Shown: positions 18,538-28,400 of the stretch, piece by piece
How positions within the stretch are numbered: the first letter of the stretch is position 1
How the letters are laid out: every line of letters starts with the position of its first letter
NCBI GenBank assembly: GCA_902779285.1
Contig: CACZAZ010000002.1
Location: 1-55,587 of the forward strand
DNA length: 55,587 bases
Origin: an uncultured Ruminococcus sp.
GTDB taxonomy: Bacteria; Bacillota; Clostridia; Oscillospirales; CAG-272
Reading direction: 5' to 3'
Made by a program: the position numbers and the translations under genes
The notes under the pieces: generated by a model
The model's database searches: none
The model's input: the letters and a program-made list of their open reading frames with translations, nothing else
Told to the model about the DNA's origin: nothing

Positions 18538-19494
18538 ATGAAGTTTTCAAACGAGTTGATCCCGGTCGCAAAAGAGAACGCGCCGATGATCCCGCAGGAT
18601 CTTCCTATCGCGTGCCGCAAGGGGGAGCGCCTGTTCTGCCGCGACCCGTTCGTTTTACCCTACGACGGGGTCTATTACCTCTACCGCACGGCGGAGGAAA
18701 AAGGGGTCGAGTGCCTGTTGTCGACCGATCTGGAAACCTGGTCGGGACCCGTTCCCGTTTTTCGGAAACCCGACGATTTCGACGGCGAGGGGAGTTGGTT
18801 CTGGGCGCCCGAAGTCCACTACTACAAGGGGGCGTTCTACCTCTTTACCTCGGTCCGCGCCGCGAGCAACAAGCACCGGCAGATCTCGGTCTATCGGGCG
18901 TCAAATCCCCTCGGTCCGTTCGCGCACGTCTCGGTTTTGTCTCCGCTCGACTGGGACGCCATCGACGGGACGTTATTCCTCGATCCCGACGAAAACCCCT
19001 GGCTGATCTTCGTCCACGAGTGGACCTGTATGCCCGAGGGGAACGGGAGTATGGTCGCGATGCGGCTCTCGGACGATCTCTCGCGGGGGATCGCGGAACC
19101 GATCACGCTCTTTTTCGCCCGCGACCCCGAATGGGCGACGCAGGGGGTCACCGACGGACCCTTCCTCTACCGCACCGACGCGGGGGAACTGCGGATGATC
19201 TGGTCGAACTTTTCCGAGGACGGTTACGTCGTGGCGCTCGCCGGGTCGGACGACGGCAAACTCGACGGCAAGTGGCGCCAGATGGGGACGCTCTACCGCC
19301 GCGGGACGCGCCCGGACTTTCTTTTCGACGGCGGACACGGGATGATCTTCCGCGGCTTCGACGGGCGGGAACGGATCGTCTTCCACACCCCGAACAAGAA
19401 GAACAGGGAGACCGGCGTCTTCGAGCACGTTTCGGTCTATTATCTTGAAAGCGAAAACGGAGAGCCGGCGATCGGGGAGAGATGCGTTCGCTGA
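18538..19494 (+). CDS. Glycoside hydrolase family 43
   Basis: CRDPFVL, WAPEVHYYKG, AIDGTLF, TDGPFL, DGGHGMIF; promoter TTGACA-18-TATAAT (18460-18489); AAGGAG RBS. Confidence 0.85.
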   Translation: MKFSNELIPVAKENAPMIPQDLPIACRKGERLFCRDPFVLPYDGVYYLYRTAEEKGVECLLSTDLETWSGPVPVFRKPDDFDGEGSWFWAPEVHYYKGAFYLFTSVRAASNKHRQISVYRASNPLGPFAHVSVLSPLDWDAIDGTLFLDPDENPWLIFVHEWTCMPEGNGSMVAMRLSDDLSRGIAEPITLFFARDPEWATQGVTDGPFLYRTDAGELRMIWSNFSEDGYVVALAGSDDGKLDGKWRQMGTLYRRGTRPDFLFDGGHGMIFRGFDGRERIVFHTPNKKNRETGVFEHVSVYYLESENGEPAIGERCVR

Positions 19495-19658
19495 CGCTCT
19501 CGCTCATTATGTGAAGCGCCGGATCTGTCCGGCGCTTCGCTCGATTTGCCGTGCGGGGTCCCCTGCCCCGACGCGCGGCGCGATCATTGCCGAGCGCACC
19601 ACGCAGCGCCTCGCTGCGCCCGCGTCCGCACGGACGCGCTTACGGGCGCAGTTTTCTC

Positions 19659-19687
19659 TTGACTTTTTTATACTCTGATGTTATAAT
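19659..19687 (+). promoter_or_regulatory. sigma-A promoter of ileS (short leader, no room for a T-box)
   Basis: TTGACT-17-TATAAT ending about 50 nt before ATG 19738. Confidence 0.7.
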
Positions 19688-19737
19688 GAAAAATCATTAT
19701 GCAGTTTTTGCAGTTTTGCCGAAAGGAACCGTGGACG

Positions 19738-22700
19738 ATGAAGTTTGAAGAACTGTCCTCCAAACCGGATTTTTCCGAGATCCAGCCGGAAGTCCTGAAA
19801 TACTGGAAGGACGATCACACCTTTGAAAAATCGGTCGAGAGACCGACCGGGGGCGAGATCGTCTTCTACGACGGGCCTCCGTTCCCGACGGGCAAACCGC
19901 ATCACGGGACGGTCCTCGTCTCGTTCATCAAGGATATGATCTCCCGCTACTGGACGATGAACAACTACAGCGTTCCGCGCGTCTGGGGCTGGGACTGCCA
20001 CGGGCTTCCCATCGAGAACCAGGCGGAAGTGCAGATGGGGATCGAGGACAAGAACCAGATCGAAAAAACCATCGGGATCGACGTCTTCAACGACAAGTGC
20101 CGCGAGATCGTCTCGAACAACAACGAGGCGTGGCGCGAGTACGTCGAGCAGATGGCGCGCTGGGTGGACTACGACGGCGCGTACAAGACTATGAACACGC
20201 CCTTTATGGAGAGCGTGATGTGGGCGTTCAAGACCTGCTACGACAAGGGGCTGATCTACCGCGACTACCGCGTGACCCCCTACTGCACGCATTGCGAGAC
20301 TTCGCTCTCGATCTCGGACACCCGCGAATCGGATTCGACGAGACCGCGTCAGGATCGCTGGGTGGCGGTCAAATTCAGGACCTCGCTCACGGAAAACGGA
20401 AAACCCGTCTGTCTGCTTGCCTGGACGACCACCCCCTGGACCCTGCCGTCCAACCTCTGCCTCGCGGTCGGCCGGGACCTTCGCTACGCCTTCGTCGACG
20501 TGGGCGAGGAGATCTACGTCGCCTGCAAGGACACGTTGAAGAACTTCGTCAAGGTGTTCGGGGAGACCCCGGCGATCGTCCGCGAGTGCGCGGGCAGCGA
20601 CCTGCTCGGGATCGAATACGAGCCCATCTTCCCCTACTTTGCCGACCGGAAAAAGGACGGCGCGTTCCGCGTGGTCTCCGCCGACTACGTGGGCTCGGAC
20701 GAGGGCGTGGGGATCGTTCACACCGCTCCGGCGTTCGGTGAAGACGACTACTGGACCTGCAAGAACAACGGCATCCCGCTGGTCAACCCGGTCGACGCGA
20801 AAGGGCGCTTTACCCCCGAGATCACCGACTTCTACCCCCTGCAGGAGGAGAAGAACGTGATCGAGATGAATCCGATCGTGATCCGCTGGCTGTACGACAA
20901 GGGGATCGCCGTCGCGGACGGATCGATCGTCCACAACTATCCGCATTGCTGGCGCTGCAAACGTCCCCTGATCTACAAGGCGATGGACGCCTACTACTTC
21001 AATATCGGCAAGATCAAGGACAAGCTGATCGACTTCAACGGTAAGATCAACTGGATGCCCGAGACGGTCAAATACGGTCGTTTCGGCAACTGGCTTGCGG
21101 GCGCCCGCGACTGGAACATCTCGCGCAACCGCTACTGGTCCACCCCGATCCCGATCTGGACCTGCCCCGACTGCGGGAAAAAGGTCGTCGTTGGTTCCAT
21201 CGACGAGATCGAGAAGCTCTCGGGCGTCCGTCCCGACGATCTGCACCGGCAGTACCTCGACAAGATCCACTTCCCCTGCCCCGACTGCGGCGCGAAGATG
21301 ACCCGCGTGCCGGAGGTGCTCGACTGCTGGTTCGAGAGCGGGAGCGTGCCGTTCGCGTCCAAGCACTATCCGTTTGAAAACAAGGAGTGGTTCGAGAATC
21401 ACTTCCCCTCGGATTTCGTCGTCGAATACACCGGGCAGATCCGGTGCTGGTTCTACTATCTGCACGTCCTCTCGACGGCGCTCTTCGACCGTCCGGCGTT
21501 CAAGAACGGCGTCGTACACGGCACCATCCTCGCAAAAGACGGCAAGAAACTCTCGAAATCCTCGAAGAACTACACCGACCCGATGGAACTGATGAAGAAG
21601 TTCGGTACCGACGCCTTCCGGCTCTATCTGTACCAGACCAACGCCATGCTGATCGGGGACCTGCTCTTCGACGAGGCGGGGATCCTCGACGCGTATCAGC
21701 AGATCGTGCTTCCGTTCTGGAACGCCTGCAACTTCTTCATTTCCTACGCCAATATCGACGGTTTCGAACCGAAGACGGGGCTGCCCGAGAGCGATAACCA
21801 GCTCGACCGGTGGATCCTCGCGAAACTCGAGCAGACCGAGAAGACCATCACCGAGAATATGAACGCCTACCGCGTCAACCGCTACGTCGACGCGATCGCC
21901 TCGCTTGTGGACGGGCTGACCAACTGGTACATCCGCCGCTCGCGCAAGCGTTTCTGGGCGTCGGGGTACTCGGATGATAAGGCGGCGGCGTACGACACGC
22001 TCTACTACGTGCTGGTCAACCTCACCAAGCTGCTCGCTCCCGTTGCCCCGATCATCTCGGAGAAGATCTACCGCATCCTGACGGGCGAAGAATCGGTGCA
22101 TCTTGCCGCATGGCCGAATATCCCCGAGACCTACCGCGACGACGGGCTGGTCGAACGGGTCGATCTCGTCCAGCGGCTGATCTCGCTCGCGCGTTCGATC
22201 CGGCAGAAGAACCGGATCAAGAATCGGCAGCCGCTGCGCACCTTGAAGATCGCGCTCTCCGACCCTGCCGCGACCGAATCGATCAAACCGTTCGCCGCCG
22301 TGATCGCGGAGGAAATGAACGTCAAAGAGGTCCTGTTCATCGAGCGCGTCGACGATATCGCCTCGGTCGGCTACGACCCGAACTTCAACGAGATCCGCGC
22401 CCTCTGCCCCGACAAACTGCCCGCCGTCATCAAGGCGGTCAAGACCGGCGCTTTCGCGCTCCACGGCGACACCGTGACCGTCAAACTCGACGGGGGCGAC
22501 GCGGAACTCGACGCGAAGATCATCCTCGTCAAGTACACCGCGAAGGACGGCGCGTTCATCGCGAGCGAAGCCGGAATGGTGGTCTCTCTGGATCTTTCGA
22601 TCGACGAGGACCTCAAAGACGAAGGGCTTGCCCGCGAGATCGTCCGCAACGTGCAGGACGCCCGCAAGAGCGTTGGGCTCGCCATCACCGACCGCATCAT

Positions 22701-22851
22701 CCTGCAGGTCGAAAAAGGCAAGCTGCCCGAAAAGTGGACCGCGTTCATCTGCGGCGAGACCCTTGCCGAGATCGGATCGGTCGCGTCCCCCCTCTCCACC
22801 GTCGAGATCGAGGACGAGGGCATCGCGATCCTGCTCGGGAAGAAGGGCTGA
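19738..22851 (+). CDS. ileS: Isoleucyl-tRNA synthetase, type 2 (IleRS2)
   Basis: FYDGPPFPTGKPHHGT, WGWDCHGLP, LAWTTTPWTLPSN, GIVHTAPAFGEDD, DWNISRNRYW, KLSKS, NWYIRRSRKRFW, EGLAREIV. Confidence 0.95.
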   Translation: MKFEELSSKPDFSEIQPEVLKYWKDDHTFEKSVERPTGGEIVFYDGPPFPTGKPHHGTVLVSFIKDMISRYWTMNNYSVPRVWGWDCHGLPIENQAEVQMGIEDKNQIEKTIGIDVFNDKCREIVSNNNEAWREYVEQMARWVDYDGAYKTMNTPFMESVMWAFKTCYDKGLIYRDYRVTPYCTHCETSLSISDTRESDSTRPRQDRWVAVKFRTSLTENGKPVCLLAWTTTPWTLPSNLCLAVGRDLRYAFVDVGEEIYVACKDTLKNFVKVFGETPAIVRECAGSDLLGIEYEPIFPYFADRKKDGAFRVVSADYVGSDEGVGIVHTAPAFGEDDYWTCKNNGIPLVNPVDAKGRFTPEITDFYPLQEEKNVIEMNPIVIRWLYDKGIAVADGSIVHNYPHCWRCKRPLIYKAMDAYYFNIGKIKDKLIDFNGKINWMPETVKYGRFGNWLAGARDWNISRNRYWSTPIPIWTCPDCGKKVVVGSIDEIEKLSGVRPDDLHRQYLDKIHFPCPDCGAKMTRVPEVLDCWFESGSVPFASKHYPFENKEWFENHFPSDFVVEYTGQIRCWFYYLHVLSTALFDRPAFKNGVVHGTILAKDGKKLSKSSKNYTDPMELMKKFGTDAFRLYLYQTNAMLIGDLLFDEAGILDAYQQIVLPFWNACNFFISYANIDGFEPKTGLPESDNQLDRWILAKLEQTEKTITENMNAYRVNRYVDAIASLVDGLTNWYIRRSRKRFWASGYSDDKAAAYDTLYYVLVNLTKLLAPVAPIISEKIYRILTGEESVHLAAWPNIPETYRDDGLVERVDLVQRLISLARSIRQKNRIKNRQPLRTLKIALSDPAATESIKPFAAVIAEEMNVKEVLFIERVDDIASVGYDPNFNEIRALCPDKLPAVIKAVKTGAFALHGDTVTVKLDGGDAELDAKIILVKYTAKDGAFIASEAGMVVSLDLSIDEDLKDEGLAREIVRNVQDARKSVGLAITDRIILQVEKGKLPEKWTAFICGETLAEIGSVASPLSTVEIEDEGIAILLGKKG

Positions 22852-22868
22852 CCTCGTATTTCAAAAAA

Positions 22869-22909
22869 AAGACCCCGTTGCTCCAGATCGGAGCGACGGG
22901 GTTGCTTTT
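22869..22909. terminator. Bidirectional terminator between ileS and the AT-rich gene
   Basis: ACCCCGTTGCTCC-AGATC-GGAGCGACGGGGT flanked by A and T runs. Confidence 0.75.
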
Positions 22910-22921
22910 TACGAAAACCTA

Positions 22922-23956
22922 TCAAAAACTTACTTTGATATCTCGACAACTCAATCTGTGCGACAGGGCATAATCCAATTCCTCTTTTTCGCAAAAAAGA
23001 ACAATGCTCCCGTCTTCGCAGTAAATAGAGTTGAAAAGCCGAAAAACTTCTTTCGGCAATCGTTGAATCTTCACATACAGAGAAGCACAATTATCATCTG
23101 CCAATTTCGTCATTGAAGGATCCGAAAAGGCAGCATAAAACAACCGATCTTCGTACGCTCCAACATACGATCCAAACAAATACGATAAAAACGGATCAGG
23201 AGTACCCACCCCGTATATATTACCGAATCTAATACAGGTGCTCTGATAATAAAAGAGGTCAAAATAATATGCGCTATTTACCAACAGTAACGCGGTTTGG
23301 GGAGATATCGGTATATATGCATATCGGTGGTCAGAATCAAGCGTGTTTTCAAGAATACAAAACCTGTCGGAAATCATTATTACAGGAGAATCTGCGCGAA
23401 CAATCGACAAGTGCAACCCTCTAGTCAAATAAGAAGACAAAGAATCGTTTTGATTCGTATTTGAATCAGTCTTGTCCTTTTTTCTTTCGTCAATCGCTCT
23501 TATCCTTTCAAATTCATCTATAATAAGTGACGTGACTTTAATCGCGTCTTCCTGCGATTCGATTCTGTGTGTTCCGATCAAATACCTGTTGCTCCTGTAA
23601 ATGCCGGATTCGTCGCTTTTAATAACTTCACAAGTGTTAGCATGACGATAAGCGCAGAGGGAACAATATAATTTCAATAATTCCAACTGTTTTTTTGGTA
23701 GACAAACGTTCTCCAAAGCAGCGTCAATTTGCGAAATCAGCGGTGCAATCTCACATTCAAATGAAGCAATACGGTTTTCTAAAGCGTCATCTTGTTCGCC
23801 CATCGAATAATAACGGTTGGACGAAAAGTCGGTATGCTCATAAACGGGTCGGATCCTCTTTTGTTCTGCTCTGCTTTTGTCGTACACTTTCCCGCCTTGT
23901 GTTTTCCATTTGCGAATATGAAAAGCGGGATAAAGATGATTGTGTTGTTTCACCAT
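22922..23956 (-). CDS. AT-rich DUF4238-like protein (344 aa), probably horizontally acquired
   Basis: Likely start MVKQHNHLYPAFHIRKW resembles the DUF4238 N-terminal H-x-x-P-x-F-x-x-x-x-W pattern; later LENRIASFE, ISDRFCIL, YIPISPQTALLL; two sampled 60-mers are 33% and 40% GC. Confidence 0.65.
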   Translation of the reverse strand: MVKQHNHLYPAFHIRKWKTQGGKVYDKSRAEQKRIRPVYEHTDFSSNRYYSMGEQDDALENRIASFECEIAPLISQIDAALENVCLPKKQLELLKLYCSLCAYRHANTCEVIKSDESGIYRSNRYLIGTHRIESQEDAIKVTSLIIDEFERIRAIDERKKDKTDSNTNQNDSLSSYLTRGLHLSIVRADSPVIMISDRFCILENTLDSDHRYAYIPISPQTALLLVNSAYYFDLFYYQSTCIRFGNIYGVGTPDPFLSYLFGSYVGAYEDRLFYAAFSDPSMTKLADDNCASLYVKIQRLPKEVFRLFNSIYCEDGSIVLFCEKEELDYALSHRLSCRDIKVSF

Positions 23957-24354
23957 CAGAACGCCAGGGTTTCGGGCGGGGCGGTGAAGCTCGAAAGGGT
24001 GGCGGTGGCGCGGGTGAAGCAGTAGACCGCGGTGTTGCCGTCGTCGGGGTCGTACATGGCTTTCAGTTCGGGGTAGCGGTCGAGCATCGCGACGCGGGCG
24101 TCGCGATCGTCGAGTTCGCGCATCTCCCCGGCGATCCGGAGCCACTTCCCGTCCTTGCAGGCGCAGAGTTCGACCTTCGGATTCCGGTCGATCTGTTTGG
24201 CGACGTCCTTTTTCTTCCCGGTCTGGATGCAGAGTTTGCCGTCGTAGAGCAGGATGGTGCCGAAGGGACGAACGCGGGCTTGGTCGCCGTCAACGGTGGC
24301 GAGGTAGTAGGTCCCGGCGTCGCGCAGGAAATCGCAAACGGTGGAAAGCGTCAT
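23956..24354 (-). CDS. Pyridoxamine 5'-phosphate oxidase-like flavin-binding protein
   Basis: YYLATVDGDQARVRPFG, IQTGKKKDVAKQIDRNPKVELCA, WLRIAG. Confidence 0.85.
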   Translation of the reverse strand: MTLSTVCDFLRDAGTYYLATVDGDQARVRPFGTILLYDGKLCIQTGKKKDVAKQIDRNPKVELCACKDGKWLRIAGEMRELDDRDARVAMLDRYPELKAMYDPDDGNTAVYCFTRATATLSSFTAPPETLAF

Positions 24355-24388
24355 AGTGGTAACCTCCTCTGATTATCAGCGTTTTTTG

Positions 24389-25375
24389 TTATCGGATCGG
24401 TCCTTGCGCCGACAGGGCGCGGCGCAGGATCGCTTCGACCTCTTCTCTTGTCTTCGCCTCGCAGATCTCTCGGCGAAAGGCGGCGGCGTCGCGGAGCCCG
24501 AACAGGTACTGCGCCGCCTGTTTGCGCGATTCGAGAACGGCGATCTTCTCTCCCTTATCTTCGATCGCGAGATCGAGTTGCCGAAGCGCGGCTTCGAGCC
24601 GTTCGGCGGGGGTGACCTCCGGGATGGGTCTGCCGTCGATCGCGGCGCGGATCTCGCGGAACACGAACGGCCGCCCGACGGCGGCGCGCCCGACCATCAG
24701 CCCGTCGCACCCGGTCTCGTTCAGCATACGCAGGGCGCTTTTTGCGTCGACGACGTCTCCGTTGCCGACGACGGGGACCGAAACGGCGCGCTTGACCTCC
24801 CGGATCACCGAGAGATCGGCGGCGCCGGAATAGAACTGGCTGCGCGTCCGGGCGTGGAGAAAGATCGCTGAACACCCCGCGGATTCGGCGGCGCGGGCGC
24901 ACTCGGCGGCGTTCTTCTCGCTTGCGTCCCAGCCCGCCCGGATCTTGACCGTCACGGGAAGATCCACGGCTTTGACGACGGCGGAAACGATCCTCCCGAT
25001 CTTGTTCGGATCGCGCATCAGGGCGGAGCCCTCTCCGTTCGAGACGATCTTTCTCACCGGGCAGCCGAAATTGAGGTCGATCGCGGTGGGAGGAACGCCC
25101 CCGGCGGTCCCCGAAGCGACCATCTTCGCCGCCTCCGCCATGATCGCGGGATCCGAGCCGAAGAGCTGCACCGCGCCGGGTAGTTCGTCAAAGAGCAATC
25201 GGGCGAGCGGAGCAGACTTCCGATCCTGATAGACGAGGGCGCGGGCGGAGACCATCTCGCTCTCGGTAAAATCCGCGCCGTATTTTCTGCAGATCAAGCG
25301 CGCCGCACGGTCGGTATAGCCCGCCATCGGCGCCAAAAACAGCGGCGTTTCGCTTTGAAAATCCCCGATTCTCAT
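24389..25375 (-). CDS. dusB: tRNA-dihydrouridine synthase
   Basis: LAPMAGYTD, EMVSARAL, VQLFGSDP, IDLNFGCP, VTVKIRAGW, LHARTR, VVGNGDV, GLMVGRAA. Confidence 0.92.
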   Translation of the reverse strand: MRIGDFQSETPLFLAPMAGYTDRAARLICRKYGADFTESEMVSARALVYQDRKSAPLARLLFDELPGAVQLFGSDPAIMAEAAKMVASGTAGGVPPTAIDLNFGCPVRKIVSNGEGSALMRDPNKIGRIVSAVVKAVDLPVTVKIRAGWDASEKNAAECARAAESAGCSAIFLHARTRSQFYSGAADLSVIREVKRAVSVPVVGNGDVVDAKSALRMLNETGCDGLMVGRAAVGRPFVFREIRAAIDGRPIPEVTPAERLEAALRQLDLAIEDKGEKIAVLESRKQAAQYLFGLRDAAAFRREICEAKTREEVEAILRRALSAQGPIR

Positions 25376-25400
25376 AAACCGCCCCCCTTTCTTTACAAAT

Positions 25401-25432
25401 AGAGCCGCAGGCAGGATCCCTGCGGCTCTTTT
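25401..25432. terminator. Hairpin between the repeat-protein gene and dusB
   Basis: AGAGCCGCAGG...CCTGCGGCTCT-TTT. Confidence 0.55.
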
Positions 25433-25441
25433 CGCTAATCT

Positions 25442-28400
25442 TTACGGTGCGACCGGAACGCTGTTGATCAGGTGATCGATGAACTGCTGGATCGTCCGCG
25501 TCTGCCAACTGGGATCAATGAGCGTCAGTTTCGCCTGCGTGGACGCAGAGAAGTTAATCAGCCCCTTGGTGACGTAGTCGCCCATCGTCGTGTTCTGGAA
25601 GATCGAGGACATCGAGTTCGGACCGCTGCCGCCCAGTTCGTCGAGCCGCGCGTTCCCGGGCAGAAGCGACAGGAACCCGCTCGCCCGCTCGGTGTCCGAG
25701 AACATATCGGCGACGGTCAGGTTGCTCATCCGCGTGCCGAGCTGATCGAGTTCGGTATCCGAGACGGTATTGATGATGGTCGAGGTCTTGGTCACGCCGT
25801 CGTACCACCAATGCTCGACCTCGTCGTAGGTATAGCCGAGGATCTTGCCGACCTTGGTATCGTTCAGGTCGGATTCGAGGTTGTCGATCGTGCTGTCCGC
25901 GACCGCCTGGATCACGCCGGTCGCCCGGACGTTGCCGGGATCCGCGGGTGCGATATAGGTGGAGTACCAGACCCCGCCGACCTTCTCGTAACCCATGATC
26001 TCCCCGACCGTCATGGTGTGGGTGATGTCGTTCAGTTCTCCGACCCGTTTGGGCGCGAGCGACTTCATAACGCCGGTGACCGGGGTCGCAAGGGTACTGT
26101 CGGTGTACCAGACGCCGCCGTCGTAGGCGTAGCCCATCGCGTAACCGATCACGACGTTGACCGATTTTGCCGAGACCTGCGTCTCGTCCGAGAGGTCGCG
26201 GATCTTCATATCGGCAAAACTGACCATCACGCCGACCGCCTCTTCGGTGTAGGCGCGGTCCTTGTACCACTTGCCGTTCTTGGGATCGAGCGGGTCGAGT
26301 TCGTTATCGTACTTGTAGAGCGACAGCACCTTGCCGAGTTCCATATCCTCGATATCGTTCGAGAGGGTGTCGACGTAGGAGTCGCAGATCGCGCCGATGA
26401 CGCCCGACGCCTCCGCGTTCCCGGGGTCGGCGGGACCGATATAGGTGGAGTACCAGACGCCGCCGACCTTCTGGTAGCCGAGCAGTTCGCCGACCGGAAC
26501 GGTGGTCGAAACGGTGTCCATCTCTCCGACGGTCTTGGGAGCCAGCGCCTTCATCATCCCGGAAACGGGGGTCGCGAGGGTGTCGTCGGTGTACCAGACG
26601 CCGCCGCTGTAAGTATAGCCCATCGCCTCGCCGATCAGGATGGTCTTGGTCTTGGCGGTCACTTTCGACGAGTCTTTCAGATCCTCGACCGTCAGTTCCG
26701 CGAATTTCGCCATAATGCCGTCGGCGGGAACCGTCCGCGCGTCGTCCTTATACCACGTTCCGTAGTTCGGATCGAGCGGATCGTCGGTTTCGTAGCGGTA
26801 GAGTTCGAGGATCGAGCCGATCCGGATGGTCTTGACGTTGTCGCCCAGCCCGTTGATGTGGAAGTCCGCGATCGACGCCATAATGCCCGACGCCTTGACG
26901 TTGCCGGGATCACCGACGTCAACGTAGGTCTCGTACCAGACGCCGCCGACCTTCGTATAGCCGAGGAGTTCACCGATCGCGGTATCGTCTCCGATGGTCT
27001 CCATATTGCCGACGGTCTTGGGAGCGAGCGCCTTCATCATACCGGAAACGGGGGTCGCGTGGGTGGAATCGGTGTACCAGACGCCGCCGTAGAAGGAGTA
27101 GCCCATCGCGTCTCCGATTTGGACCGCCTTGATCTTCTCGGTGACGAGATCGTTGTTGCTGAGGTCCCCGATCGAAAGATCGGCAAGCGACGGCAGAACG
27201 CCCGACGCCGCGGACAGACAGTAGCGGTCGTCGTCGACGCCGAAACTGCGGAACTCGGCTTTGTACCAATTCCCCTCGAACAGGGTCAGTCCGGTCACGC
27301 CGCCGACCTTGACGGCGTTCACCTGGGACGAGATGCCGTCGATCGTGCAGTACGCGAGCGCGGAAATGGTGTCGGACTGCCGGACGTTGTTCTTGTCGTA
27401 CCAGAGTTTGACCGTCGCCTGTTCCCCGACGTGGTCGCCCGTCGTGTAGAGCATCGGGTCGCCCGCGTTGTCGTAGAGCGGAACGTCGACGGCGTGGAGA
27501 TTCAGAAGTTCGTGGAGCGGCATTCCCTTGGTCAACTCGTCGGAGGTGATCTTCCCGTCGATCAGGTCGCCGAGGAAGTAATTGGAGAGTTTCTGTTCAA
27601 TGCCCGCCGTCGGGTTGGACAGGTCGCCCGAAACGGCGTCCTTCGTCTTGTACCATTGATAGCGGAGCGCCTCGTTCTCGTCGAGCGGATCGACCTTCGG
27701 GAGCGGGTCGTCGCCGTGGTGATAGCCCATCGCCTCGCCGAGATAGACCTCGTCGAAGGCGTCCGCCACCTTGTAGGTATCGTCGTCGATCAGCCGTTTG
27801 AGATCGATGTTCGCCGTCGCGCGGTCGAGACCCGTGACGGGTTTGTTATCTTTATCGAGCCAGCCGGTGACCTTCTCGGCATCCAGCGGATCGTCCTTGA
27901 CGGGGGTGTATTTCAGAAGGTCCCCGACGTACAGTCCGTCGAGCGCGTCCGCGACTTGGAAATCGCCTCCCGTCAGGTCGGTGATCTTCTTTTTCGCGAG
28001 CGATTCGGACACGCGGTCGAGGTCCTCGCCGTTCGAGTCCTTCCAGCCGACGATATTGTCCTCGCCGTCCTTGACGGGCGTGTATTTCATAAGGTCCCCG
28101 ACGTACAGTCCTTCGAGTGCGTCATCGACTTCAAAATCGCCGCTCGTCAGTTCCTCGACCGGCTGTTTGGCGAGCGCCGCGGTGACGCGGTCGAGATCCT
28201 CTCCGTTCGAGTCCTTCCAGTCGACGATATTGCCGGAGCCGTCCTCGACCGGCGTATAGTTCATCAGGTCGCCGACGTACAGCCCCGCGATCAGGTCGTC
28301 GGTCGAGAAGCCGTCGCCCAGCAGATTCGTCAGTTTCTTGCCCGCGAGCGTGCGGTTGACGCGATCGGGGGGATTGCCGTCCCCTTTCAGCCAGCCGGTG

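Noticed and set aside
22922-24145. 407-aa ORF read as one protein
   Set aside because: The first 63 codons overlap the flavin-binding gene in another frame; the AT-rich domain starts at ATG 23956.
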